From: Candidatus Latescibacterota bacterium
GTDB taxonomy: Bacteria > Latescibacterota > UBA2968 > UBA8231
NCBI GenBank assembly: GCA_965208105.1
Contig: OZ242318.1
Coordinates: forward strand, 4,160,001 to 4,224,000
Length of the DNA stretch: 64,000 bases
Direction: 5' to 3'
Within the stretch, counting starts at the first letter, position 1. Every line of letters begins with the position of its first letter. The notes under the pieces were generated by a model. That model was given only the letters and a program-made list of their open reading frames with translations, did not search any database and had not been told where the DNA came from. The position numbers and the translations under genes were made by a program. Positions 20,110 to 31,356 of this stretch are shown piece after piece.

Positions 20110-20594
20110 CCGTCGAAAATGGAATCGTCGGGGATTTCGGAGGAATTCTCCCTGCCCATGGCGATGACGTGCTCGGCGGCGATCTCCTGCCGGCCGGCGT
20201 AACCGCCGTCGATCTCGTGCCAGAAGCGGACCTCGTCCTCGCCCCGCTGCCAGCACAGAAAGACCCACCGTCCCTCGAAGGTGGTGGGAAAGTCGATGAG
20301 GCCGTGCTCCAGGCCACCGGGAGGAAAGCGCAGACCGAGGCCGAGGATCCTGCGGCGGATCAACCGGTCCACGTCCTTGATCGCGGCGGAGATGAGGTCC
20401 CGGTGGCGGCGGAATTCGCCATGATCCGGGTTCTTTGGCTGAGTGACCTTTTCTCCCCACAGGGCATCGAGGATCTGCAACTTCTCGCTGTACCGGCCGA
20501 TCTCCACCTTCTTCTTCTCGATCTCGTCCAATGCCCCTTCGACCGCAGGGATCATCCGGTTGGCCTCTTCTACGGTAAACGATCTGCGTCCCAT
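20106..20594 (-). CDS. DUF2203 family protein
   Basis: FT.EEAN..IP, GLIDFP, V.LCW..GE..V..WH....GY.GR. Confidence 0.85.
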   Translation of the reverse strand: MGRRSFTVEEANRMIPAVEGALDEIEKKKVEIGRYSEKLQILDALWGEKVTQPKNPDHGEFRRHRDLISAAIKDVDRLIRRRILGLGLRFPPGGLEHGLIDFPTTFEGRWVFLCWQRGEDEVRFWHEIDGGYAGRQEIAAEHVIAMGRENSSEIPDDSIFDG

Positions 20595-20846
20595 GGCTCT
20601 CCGCTCCTCGGGTGGTCGGACAAGCAACCGGCGCCGTTTATCGAGTGTCGGCGCCAGGCCCCGGTCATCTCCATGTGGCTGTGAGTATAGTCAAAGTGAG
20701 GGGATGGAGCAAGAAGGACACGGTGGTGCTACGGGGAACAAAAGGCCTTGCGTTCCCCGCATCCCCATAGCATATTTGTCCCGGCTTGGCCATCCTGGTC
20801 GAGGCCTTTTCAATTCCCCGTTTGCAGTGGGTTCAGCGTTTGAAAT

Positions 20847-22992
<2,146 letters not shown>

Positions 22993-23154
22993 GGAGCGGG
23001 TCCCCGGGATTGAAAAAAGTGTCGAAAAGGTAACGCGGCCGCGCTTCCGTTTGAGGGTGTGGCCGATTTTTTTGCTCCGTTCCTCCAAGTCCCCAGGATT
23101 CTGTCGTACCTGGCCGCTTCCCGGCAGGCGGCCATGAAATCAGTATATTCTGCT

Positions 23155-24990
23155 ATGGCAAACTGGCGCGGATTCGCCTTGGTGCTGAGCATGGCCCGAA
23201 TGTTGCAGTGCGGTCCGGTGGAAGAGCAGGGCGCAGAGCCCCCTGGAGCGGCGGCTGACCGGGAGTCATGGGGGGTCGGGATAGAGATCCACGAAGGAGA
23301 TCTGCAGGTGGATATTCAGGCGGCCTACATGGCCGACTACGCGGCGACGCAGACGACCTACGGCGACAGCGGTGTCTCCCTTGATTTCCGCGATGCCCGC
23401 GGGGGAGTCCAATCAAGGCTCAGCGCCGACAGGCTGACTTTGAATCCGGACAGGGCGGCCCTGGGAGGAGAAGTGGTTCTCCGCGCGGGCGAGGAGGTGG
23501 AGGTGCAGGGCGACACCCTGGTCTGGGAGCGCAAAACAGGCTCGCTGGTGGCCCCGGGAGAGGTGCGCCTGATTACAGCGGAGGGGACCGAAAGAGGACG
23601 GGCTCTGCAGACCGATTTCGAGATTCGGACCTGGAGCATGGAAGCCGTTCAGGGACGATGGCATGGGGATGGCCCGGAAGATGCCTACGACCTGGAAATA
23701 CAGGCTCGACGCGTGCACGGCCGACGGGAGGAAGGCCTCCTTCTGGTCCAATACGACAGCGTTGCAGCCGAATGCGAAGGTACCCGAATCAACAGCCTCA
23801 GGGCGCGTTTCGATGCAGGGGCCAGGACTGTCTTCTTTTCGGGGGAGGTGAAGGGGCATGACCCGGACCGGAGGATGGCGGCAGGGGGATTGAAATTCGA
23901 TTTGGGTGAGGGGAGACTGACAGTGCTCGAGCAGGTGGAATTCGCCACCCCCGAGTGGAGTCTGTATGCCGCTGAAGTCCTGGAGGAGAGGAAGGAGAAG
24001 CGCCTGCGCGCCCGGGGACAACCGGCTGCGTTCGTGCAGGGGGATCGCCGGATCGAGGCCGACGAGTTGGATTACGCCCGGGTACCCGGGGTTCTTCAAG
24101 GGCGGGGGCAGGTGGTCCTGCGCGAGGAAGGGCGGATCCTGGAGGCCCCCCGTCTCGTATACTATCGCCCGCAGGAACGCCTGGAGGCGAGAGGCGAACT
24201 GAGGCTGCAGGAGGCCGACTTGGAGGGTGTTGTTACGGGGAAGAAGCTGGTCTATGACCTGGCCGCCGGTAAGGCACAGGTGAAGGAGGGCCCATTATGG
24301 AGGCGGCGGCGGTCTGACGGAACCTGGCTGGAGGCCGTTGCCCTCGAGATGGAGATCGATCTGGGGCGCAGGGAGCTGAGAGGCTCGGGGGACTTCAGTG
24401 TCGCCTCGGCGGGCATGGAAATAAAGGCTGAGCGGGGCCATTACGATGCCGAAGGTGAAGATCTGGCCCTGGGATCGCAGGTGAATCTTCGCTTGCTGGA
24501 CCCCGGGAACAACCACCGCAGCGAAATCGCGGCGGACTCCATGATCGCGAGGCTGCAGGATGGCAAGTTCGACCGTATCACCATACCGAAAAGGGCGAAG
24601 GGCAGGATAGAGGTGGAGAAGGAGAGGACAAGCTGGATCGAAGGAGGATCCGGAGAAATCTTCTTCCAGGACGAACGCCTGCATCGGGTGGAATTGAGGG
24701 GAGGGGCGGACGCGACCCACCACAGGCTCGACGAGAGGGAGGTGAGCCGCTTCAGGGGCAGAGACATGACGCTGCTCTTCGCCTCCGGTGCTCTGGAGCA
24801 GGTGCGGGTCAGCGGCGAAGCAGAGGTATGGTCGCACCTGCCCGACAAGGAGGGGGGAGGACAGGTCTCCATCAATGCGGTAAAAGGAGAGGAGCTGGAG
24901 GTCTCCTTCGCCCAGGGTACTATCGCCGAGGTTCGGGTAGTGGAATCGGTTGAGGGAAAGTACTATCCTCCAGAAGCTGAAGGACCTTGA
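23155..24990 (+). CDS. Fused LptC/LptA (OstA-repeat) LPS transport protein
   Basis: N-terminal signal/TM, LptC-like segment (GV..DF.D..G...S.L.AD, DTL.W), repeated A..L.Y/G.V beta-jellyroll units; directly upstream of lptB; start uncertain. Confidence 0.7.
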   Translation: MANWRGFALVLSMARMLQCGPVEEQGAEPPGAAADRESWGVGIEIHEGDLQVDIQAAYMADYAATQTTYGDSGVSLDFRDARGGVQSRLSADRLTLNPDRAALGGEVVLRAGEEVEVQGDTLVWERKTGSLVAPGEVRLITAEGTERGRALQTDFEIRTWSMEAVQGRWHGDGPEDAYDLEIQARRVHGRREEGLLLVQYDSVAAECEGTRINSLRARFDAGARTVFFSGEVKGHDPDRRMAAGGLKFDLGEGRLTVLEQVEFATPEWSLYAAEVLEERKEKRLRARGQPAAFVQGDRRIEADELDYARVPGVLQGRGQVVLREEGRILEAPRLVYYRPQERLEARGELRLQEADLEGVVTGKKLVYDLAAGKAQVKEGPLWRRRRSDGTWLEAVALEMEIDLGRRELRGSGDFSVASAGMEIKAERGHYDAEGEDLALGSQVNLRLLDPGNNHRSEIAADSMIARLQDGKFDRITIPKRAKGRIEVEKERTSWIEGGSGEIFFQDERLHRVELRGGADATHHRLDEREVSRFRGRDMTLLFASGALEQVRVSGEAEVWSHLPDKEGGGQVSINAVKGEELEVSFAQGTIAEVRVVESVEGKYYPPEAEGP

Positions 24991-25006
24991 AAGGTACGGC
25001 GGGGGA

Positions 25007-25735
25007 ATGGCGCTGAAAACCGAGAATCTGTGCAAGAGGTACGGCCGCCGCCAGGTGGTCGACATGGTGAATCTCGTGGTGGAGCCCGGGGAGATCGTGG
25101 GCTTGCTGGGCCCCAACGGGGCGGGCAAGACCACCACCTTCTACAGCATCGTGGGCTTCGCCGCCGCCGATGCCGGGCATATCTTCCTGGACGGGGTCGA
25201 CATCACCGGCCTTCCCATGTACCGCCGCGCCCTGCAGGGCATCGGGTATCTTCCCCAGGAAACCTCGATCTTCCGCAAGCTGAGCGTCGAGCAGAACATA
25301 CGCGCTGTCCTTGAAACCCGGGGCCTGGGCAAGGAGGAACTCGCTTCGAGGTTGGCCCGGTTGCTGAAAGAGTTGAATCTGGAGGCGCGCGCGGCGCAGC
25401 GCGCCGACGAGCTCTCGGGCGGCGAAACACGGCGGGTGGAAATTGCCCGGGCCCTGGCGATCCAACCGCGGTACATGCTCCTGGACGAGCCATTTGCAGG
25501 CATTGATCCCCGCACTGTCGAGGATATTCAGAATATCGTGGCCGAGTTGCGCCGGAAGGGTTTGGGGATATTGATTACGGATCACAATGTGCGCGAGACT
25601 CTGGAAATCACCGACCGCTCCTACATCATGGTGGACGGCCGCATTCTCACGGCAGGAAGTGCCCGTGAGCTCACCGCTGATCCCCGGGTGCGCAGCATCT
25701 ATCTGGGCGAGAGGTTCCAGATGGATCCTACTTGA
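25007..25735 (+). CDS. lptB: LPS export ABC ATPase
   Basis: GLLGPNGAGKTTTFY, GYLPQE.SIFRKL, LSGGE.RRVEIAR, LDEPFAGIDP, ITDHNVRETL, YLGE.F. Confidence 0.95.
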   Translation: MALKTENLCKRYGRRQVVDMVNLVVEPGEIVGLLGPNGAGKTTTFYSIVGFAAADAGHIFLDGVDITGLPMYRRALQGIGYLPQETSIFRKLSVEQNIRAVLETRGLGKEELASRLARLLKELNLEARAAQRADELSGGETRRVEIARALAIQPRYMLLDEPFAGIDPRTVEDIQNIVAELRRKGLGILITDHNVRETLEITDRSYIMVDGRILTAGSARELTADPRVRSIYLGERFQMDPT

Positions 25736-25839
25736 TCGGCCTCAAGGCGATCGGTTATATTTGATTTCGATGGATTTTGCCGGCCCCGAGGTAAAGCGAA
25801 CGGGTTTCTCATGCATCCCCACAGGGAATTTTAGGGACA

Positions 25840-27300
25840 ATGCTCCGCATTCTGCAACATCAAACTCTCCAGCAGAAGATGGCCCCTCAGTTGATCCAGT
25901 CGCTGAGGCTGCTTCAGATGTCGACCCTGGAACTGGAGATGAGGATCAAGCAGGAGATGGAGCTCAATCCCCTGCTCGAGGAGAGCCCCTCTGTGGAGGA
26001 GGATTCCCAGGAACCGGAGGCAGGGCTCGATGAAGGGCTCAAGGAAGAGGAAGAGCTGCCCAGGGAAGCGGAGGAAGTAGACTGGGATACACTTCTGGGC
26101 GATCAATTCGACCAGGGCGATTACAACAGCGAACGCACCGAGTACGATCCGAATTGGGAAGTTGACCGCGAGCCCCGGGAGAACCGCATTACGGCCATTC
26201 CCCCGTTGACTGCCCGGTTGCACGAACAACTGGCTTTGAGCTCACTCTCCCCCATCGAGCGTGAGATCGGCGCCTACATCATCGGCAGTATTGACGAGAG
26301 GGGATATCTGGGTTGTTCCACCGAGGAGCTGGCCGAGATGCTGCACCTGGCAGCGGCCGAGGTGGAAAAGGTCCTGAAGGTGGTTCAAGGATTCGAGCCG
26401 CCGGGAGTGGGCGCCCGCGACCTCCGCGAATGCCTGATGATTCAGTTGCAACAGCAGCAAGGAGAGCGCCGGGACCTTGCGCTCCGGGTGGTGGGCGACC
26501 ACATGGAGGATTTGACCAGGAGGCGCCTGGGGCGCATCACGCGGGCCCTGGCCATCTCCGATGAAGAGCTGAAGGCAGTGCTGGACCTGATCGAAAGCCT
26601 GCAGCCTTATCCCGGGTCGCCAAGCAGCAGCGACTACTCCGGCCTGCTCACCCTGGACACGGAGGTTTCCTACATCACTCCCGACCTCGTCGTCGAGAAG
26701 GTCGGCGATGAGTGGGTCGTTTCTCTGACCGATGGGACATTGCCGCCGCTGAGAATCAGCGGCACCTATTCCAGGATGCTCAAGGACTCCCGGCGCAACG
26801 GCAAGGACGAGGTCCAGGACTACCTGGCCAAGAAGATCAACGACGCGCGCTGGCTGATCAACGCCATCCAGCAGCGGCGGACCACCATGCTCAAAGTGGC
26901 CAACTACCTGGTGAGGATGCAGCTGCCATTCTTCGAGAAGGGACCGGCCTACCTGAAGCCAATGGTGCTTCAGGACGTGGCAGACAAGGTGGAGATGCAC
27001 GTGTCGACGATCAGCCGGGTCAGCAACGGAAAGTACATGCAGACGCCCTACGGCGTATTTGAGCTCAAGTACTTCTTCGACGGCAGGGTAAGCACCGAAA
27101 GCGGAGAGGACGTTTCCACCCGCAACGTCAAGGAGCACATTTCCAGATTGATTGCCGGGGAGGACAAGGCCAATCCTCTCAGCGACCAGAAGATTGCCGA
27201 CGAGCTGGGCAGGAAGGGGCTGCAGATCGCCCGGCGCACGGTGGCCAAGTACCGGGACCAGCTGGGGATCAACTCACAGCGCTACCGCAAGTCGTTCTGA
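25840..27300 (+). CDS. rpoN: RNA polymerase sigma-54 factor
   Basis: Q-rich region I, P.GVGARDL.ECL..Q, H.STISR, RpoN box ARRTVAKYR. Confidence 0.95.
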   Translation: MLRILQHQTLQQKMAPQLIQSLRLLQMSTLELEMRIKQEMELNPLLEESPSVEEDSQEPEAGLDEGLKEEEELPREAEEVDWDTLLGDQFDQGDYNSERTEYDPNWEVDREPRENRITAIPPLTARLHEQLALSSLSPIEREIGAYIIGSIDERGYLGCSTEELAEMLHLAAAEVEKVLKVVQGFEPPGVGARDLRECLMIQLQQQQGERRDLALRVVGDHMEDLTRRRLGRITRALAISDEELKAVLDLIESLQPYPGSPSSSDYSGLLTLDTEVSYITPDLVVEKVGDEWVVSLTDGTLPPLRISGTYSRMLKDSRRNGKDEVQDYLAKKINDARWLINAIQQRRTTMLKVANYLVRMQLPFFEKGPAYLKPMVLQDVADKVEMHVSTISRVSNGKYMQTPYGVFELKYFFDGRVSTESGEDVSTRNVKEHISRLIAGEDKANPLSDQKIADELGRKGLQIARRTVAKYRDQLGINSQRYRKSF

Positions 27301-28557
27301 TTACCCGCCAGACCTGATCAAAGCACCGTCTCCCGCAAAATCCAGAGGCCGCAGCGGGCCCACCTGCTCGACCTGCGGATGGCTCCTGCATTCGTCCAGC
27401 AGGGACTGCGAGACCTGAATCCGCTCCAGGGACAATGTATTTTTTATGCGCACGATGCGCGCCCTGGTGGAGTCGGATAGACGGAGAACGTCGAGAGCAG
27501 CGCCGATGGCCTCGCGGTCGGTCTCCATGATGACAGGTATGTAGGCGCGGTTGAGGTAGGTCGTGGTAAAAACGTTGGCGTAAGTTGACTTGAGGTCGAT
27601 TTTGTCGAAAAGGCGCCTGGTAATTATATCCGCCAGGCCCAGGCCCGAGGCATTGCCGTGCGTGCGTCGGGTGAGGTCGAGAACGACAATTCTCGCAATG
27701 CCCGGAGTCTCGGGCTCCTTGATCCCCGGCAGTTGCATACGGCCGATTACGTTGGTATCCATTCCCGTACCGCTGATATCCTTGCCCATTTCCTCGACGA
27801 TCAGCAGATCGATTTCCTGCACCAGCAACCGGGGCATCGCCAGGCGCGCCTCCTCGAGAAGACCCGGTTCCCGGGATTCGATTTCATCCGGCCTCAACGC
27901 GACAATTCGCGCCGTGTCGTCGCAGGCGTTCTCCACGATGGCTAGCCCCAGCATAACCGGCATCCGGTGGATGATGGTTTTGCCCCAGGCGGGGATCAGC
28001 CTGGCGATGCCCTGCGCCCCCTTTGAATGCGCTAGGCTCGCACCTTTGTGGCTGCCCAGGCCGATGGTCAACATCTTCATCAGGCCGCTCTCGAAAGGCC
28101 CGCGGAAAGAGGTGTGGGGTTTGATTCGATTCACCAGGACGATGCCATCGGCCTCTTTTGCAAGTTTGTTGAGGAGCACGGGGGTGGCGTCGTTCAGTTC
28201 GCCTACCTGCACGACCTCCATGGTGGCCTCAACCGGAACTCCCATGCTCTCCTCGGTGATGCCGTAGGAGGCGAGGACCTGCTTCTGCCCCTCGGTGCTT
28301 GCGCCGCCGTGGCTGCCCATGGCCGGGAGGATGAATGGACGGCCTCCCGCCTGGCTGATGTGGTCGACGAGAGTGCGGACGATGGCCGCGATATTTGCAA
28401 TTCCGCGGCTGCCGGTGGCCACGGCGATGCGGGCACCCGGTGCAATTGCGCTGGCAAGATCGGTCCGCCGCAATTGATTCTCAATGGCCGCGGCGATATC
28501 TTCTACGTGGACATTGGAAAAGTGCTGCTTGACAGTGGCCATCAGAGGAAGTTGCAT
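27301..28557 (-). CDS. Lactate racemase (LarA-N / DUF2088) domain protein
   Basis: GSRGI, PAMGSHGG, NRIKPHT.F, ESGL.KM..IGLG, GK.ISG.GMD.NV.GR. Confidence 0.8.
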   Translation of the reverse strand: MQLPLMATVKQHFSNVHVEDIAAAIENQLRRTDLASAIAPGARIAVATGSRGIANIAAIVRTLVDHISQAGGRPFILPAMGSHGGASTEGQKQVLASYGITEESMGVPVEATMEVVQVGELNDATPVLLNKLAKEADGIVLVNRIKPHTSFRGPFESGLMKMLTIGLGSHKGASLAHSKGAQGIARLIPAWGKTIIHRMPVMLGLAIVENACDDTARIVALRPDEIESREPGLLEEARLAMPRLLVQEIDLLIVEEMGKDISGTGMDTNVIGRMQLPGIKEPETPGIARIVVLDLTRRTHGNASGLGLADIITRRLFDKIDLKSTYANVFTTTYLNRAYIPVIMETDREAIGAALDVLRLSDSTRARIVRIKNTLSLERIQVSQSLLDECRSHPQVEQVGPLRPLDFAGDGALIRSGG

Positions 28558-28569
28558 GTGCTGTCTTCC

Positions 28570-29139
28570 TCAATCGTTGCCGGCCAACGCCTGCCGCAGC
28601 CGGCGGGCGCGAGTGCGGATGGGAAGGGCGGGGCGCGGCACGGGTTCGGTGGCCCTGGCTATCTTCCATATGAAGACCAGCGGTCCCTTTGCCTCGAAGT
28701 GAGAGGAGAGGTTTTCATCGAAATCATGGTCGTTGTCGATGGTGCAGACCCGCTCAATGCCCGCGCCTCGGGCAATGGCCTCGTAATCGGCGATACCGGC
28801 GCCGGGTACGGGCTGGTTGCCGGTAACCTCGTAGGTTCCGTTCTCGGTTATCACCAGGGTGAAATTTTCCAGGGGTCTCTGGGCTATCGTCACCAGGGTG
28901 CCCAGGCACATCAGCATACTGCCGTCGCCGTTGAGGACGATGACGCGGCGCTGCGGCTGGGCCATGGCAAGGCCATAGCCGAAATCGGCGGCGTGGCCCA
29001 TGGCGCTTTCAACAGAGGCGAAGTCGAGGGGGCCGTCGGACAGTTTTGCCCATGGGGCGGCCACGCTCATGGTGGTGATCACGACTTCGTCCCTGCGCAT
29101 GGCGGCCAGCTTCTCCAGGCATTTGTACTTGTCTAGCAA
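28570..29139 (-). CDS. TPP-dependent decarboxylase beta subunit (ComE / phosphonopyruvate decarboxylase-like)
   Basis: MG.A...G.GLA, GDGS.LM..G.L.T, N..Y..TG.Q. Confidence 0.8.
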   Translation of the reverse strand: MLDKYKCLEKLAAMRRDEVVITTMSVAAPWAKLSDGPLDFASVESAMGHAADFGYGLAMAQPQRRVIVLNGDGSMLMCLGTLVTIAQRPLENFTLVITENGTYEVTGNQPVPGAGIADYEAIARGAGIERVCTIDNDHDFDENLSSHFEAKGPLVFIWKIARATEPVPRPALPIRTRARRLRQALAGND

Positions 29140-29141
29140 AT

Positions 29142-29636
29142 TCAGCTGCTTTCTTCGACGAGAATGACGGCAGCAGGTGAAGAGGTCCCGGCTGCGCGCT
29201 CGAATGCGGCGGAAACGCGGTCGAGATCATCGTCGCAACGGAGCTCGAAGCAGGGGATGTTCCAGGCCGCCAGGGTTGGCTCGAAGAAGGTGGCCGCGGT
29301 ATCGACGCGCTCTGCATCCGGCCCAAGGGATCTGTAGCCGCGATAACCGATGAGCATGACGAGGGGAATCCCCATGTTGTAGGCGGTGCCGCGAAATGCA
29401 TCCCCGGCTTCGAGGAAGCCCGTATTCTGGATCACCACCAGGGGGCGTTTGCCGCCCAGATACAGACCCGAGGCCAGGGCGAATGCCTCTCCCTCGCGGC
29501 TTGACACGATGACTTCGATACCCGGATCGTCCCAGAGTCGCCCGAAAAGGGCCTGGGTGCCGTTGTCGGGGACCCCGACGACGTGCGTGATTCCGTGCTT
29601 CTTGATTTCGGCCAGGAGCTTGTGCGCTTTAATCAA
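29142..29636 (-). CDS. TPP-dependent decarboxylase alpha subunit (ComD-like)
   Basis: GVPD, REGEA..LA.G..L.G..P....QN.G, IP....IG.RG. Confidence 0.8.
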   Translation of the reverse strand: MIKAHKLLAEIKKHGITHVVGVPDNGTQALFGRLWDDPGIEVIVSSREGEAFALASGLYLGGKRPLVVIQNTGFLEAGDAFRGTAYNMGIPLVMLIGYRGYRSLGPDAERVDTAATFFEPTLAAWNIPCFELRCDDDLDRVSAAFERAAGTSSPAAVILVEESS

Positions 29637-29823
29637 ACAGGTCTTTCCCGATGGAATTCGTTAATCTAAAACTAGGAGGGCGGCGCGGGCCAGTCAAGGC
29701 CGCTGCCGACGGCGGGGGACCGCTGCGGTCGGGACAATGACGCGGAGGGGAATGGGTCCTCACACTCTGACCGGCAGGCCCGGAAGGGCTTCCGGTGACC
29801 CGGCCCCAGGCGGGAGGGCAACC

Positions 29824-30507
29824 ATGTCCGGGTGCTGTATCCTGATGGTGAAAGACCCCCGGCCGGAGCATGTCAAGACCCGGCTCATGCCGCACTGCAG
29901 CGCGGAAGAGGCGGCCTTGCTCTACCGCGCATTTGTCCTGGACAGCGTGGCCCTGCTGGCGGAATCAGCGGCTGACATGAAGGTCGTTGCCTTCACTCCG
30001 GCAGACGCTGAACCGAAGGTGCGCGAGTGGCTGGAGGAGAGGGGAGATTTCGCCTGGCTGCCGCAGCCCGAAGGCGGCCTGGGACAGCGGCTGGACCAGC
30101 TCATGGGCTGGAGCTTTGACCAGGGAGCCGGGCGCACCGCCATAATCGGATCCGACACCCCCAGTCTGCCGCCCGCCTACGTCGACATGGCCCTTGATTC
30201 AATGGTGGAACACGAGGTGGTAGTTGGACCCAGCGTAGATGGGGGGTACTACCTCATCGGCCAGCAAGCAGGTGAGCGGCCGATGTTCGCGGGCGTCGAT
30301 TGGAGCACGGGCAGGGTCCTGGAACAGACCTTGAGCAGGCTTGGCAGCCGTTCTCTGGGGCTTCTGCCTCCCTGGTACGACGTGGATACGGCTCCGGATG
30401 CGGGGTTTTTGAAGGTTCACCTCATGGCGCTCCACAGGGCCGGTCAACCGCGGGGGTCTCACAGCCTGAGGGTGCTCCGCAAGATGAAGCTGCCGCCGCC
30501 TTCCTGA
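29824..30507 (+). CDS. DUF2064 / TIGR04282 family glycosyltransferase-like protein
   Basis: K.P.P..VKTRL, Q....LG.R, IIGSD.P.L, VVGP..DGGYYLIG, WST..V, DVDT..D. Confidence 0.85.
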   Translation: MSGCCILMVKDPRPEHVKTRLMPHCSAEEAALLYRAFVLDSVALLAESAADMKVVAFTPADAEPKVREWLEERGDFAWLPQPEGGLGQRLDQLMGWSFDQGAGRTAIIGSDTPSLPPAYVDMALDSMVEHEVVVGPSVDGGYYLIGQQAGERPMFAGVDWSTGRVLEQTLSRLGSRSLGLLPPWYDVDTAPDAGFLKVHLMALHRAGQPRGSHSLRVLRKMKLPPPS

Positions 30508-31281
30508 TCACATTCCCATTATGCTGTATCCACCATCCACGTAGAGAATCTCCCCCGTTATCCCCCGGCTCATGGTGCTGCACAGGAACAAAGCAGCATC
30601 CGCCACCTCTTCCACGGTGGTGTTGCGCCGCAGCGCCGCGCGCTCGGCGTGCAGCTTGTGCATGGTGCTGAAATTCTTGATCCCGCGCGCGGCCAGCGTT
30701 TTGATTGGGCCGGCGGAGAGGCCGTTGACGCGGATGCCTTTTGTCCCCAGCTCGCTGGCCAGGTAGCGGACGCCCGATTCCAGGGCAGCTTTGGCCACCC
30801 CCATGACGTTGTAGTTGGCGACTGCCCGCTCGCTGCCCAGGTAGGTCATGGCGACGACGCCCCCGCCCTCGGTCATCAGGTGTTCGGCGCCGTGCACCAG
30901 GCAGTTCAGGGAGTAGGCGCTGACGTCGAGGGCGAGGTGGTAGCCCTGGCGCGAGGTGTCGGTGTAGCGTCCGTCCAGGTCTTCGCGGTTGGCGAAGGCG
31001 ATGGAATGGACCAGGCAATCGAGCCGCCCGCAGGATTCACCAATGGTATCGAAGGCGGCGCCAACCGAATCGTCCTCGGTTACGTCGCACGCTACCAGGA
31101 GTGGCTGTCGCTGCAACTGGCCGACGATCTTTCCGATGCCCTGCTTTTCTCGATCGCCCAGGTAGCCCAGGACCAACCGAGCACCTTCCCGGTCGAGAGC
31201 CCGGGCGATGGCCCAGGCAATGCTGCGGTGGTTGGATACTCCGGTGACAAGGGCGGTTTTATCTTGCATCAACATGAACAT
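30508..31281 (-). CDS. fabI: Enoyl-ACP reductase
   Basis: GV.N..SIAW.IA, VHSIAFA, SAYS, YNVMGVAKAALE, SAGPIKTLAA, VDGG. Confidence 0.93.
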   Translation of the reverse strand: MFMLMQDKTALVTGVSNHRSIAWAIARALDREGARLVLGYLGDREKQGIGKIVGQLQRQPLLVACDVTEDDSVGAAFDTIGESCGRLDCLVHSIAFANREDLDGRYTDTSRQGYHLALDVSAYSLNCLVHGAEHLMTEGGGVVAMTYLGSERAVANYNVMGVAKAALESGVRYLASELGTKGIRVNGLSAGPIKTLAARGIKNFSTMHKLHAERAALRRNTTVEEVADAALFLCSTMSRGITGEILYVDGGYSIMGM

Positions 31282-31356
31282 GGCTCCTTTCCGGGTCGTC
31301 TTCGAGGCTGCCACAGCCGGACTCGATATTCCATGTAGACACTTGGGCAATCCCGC

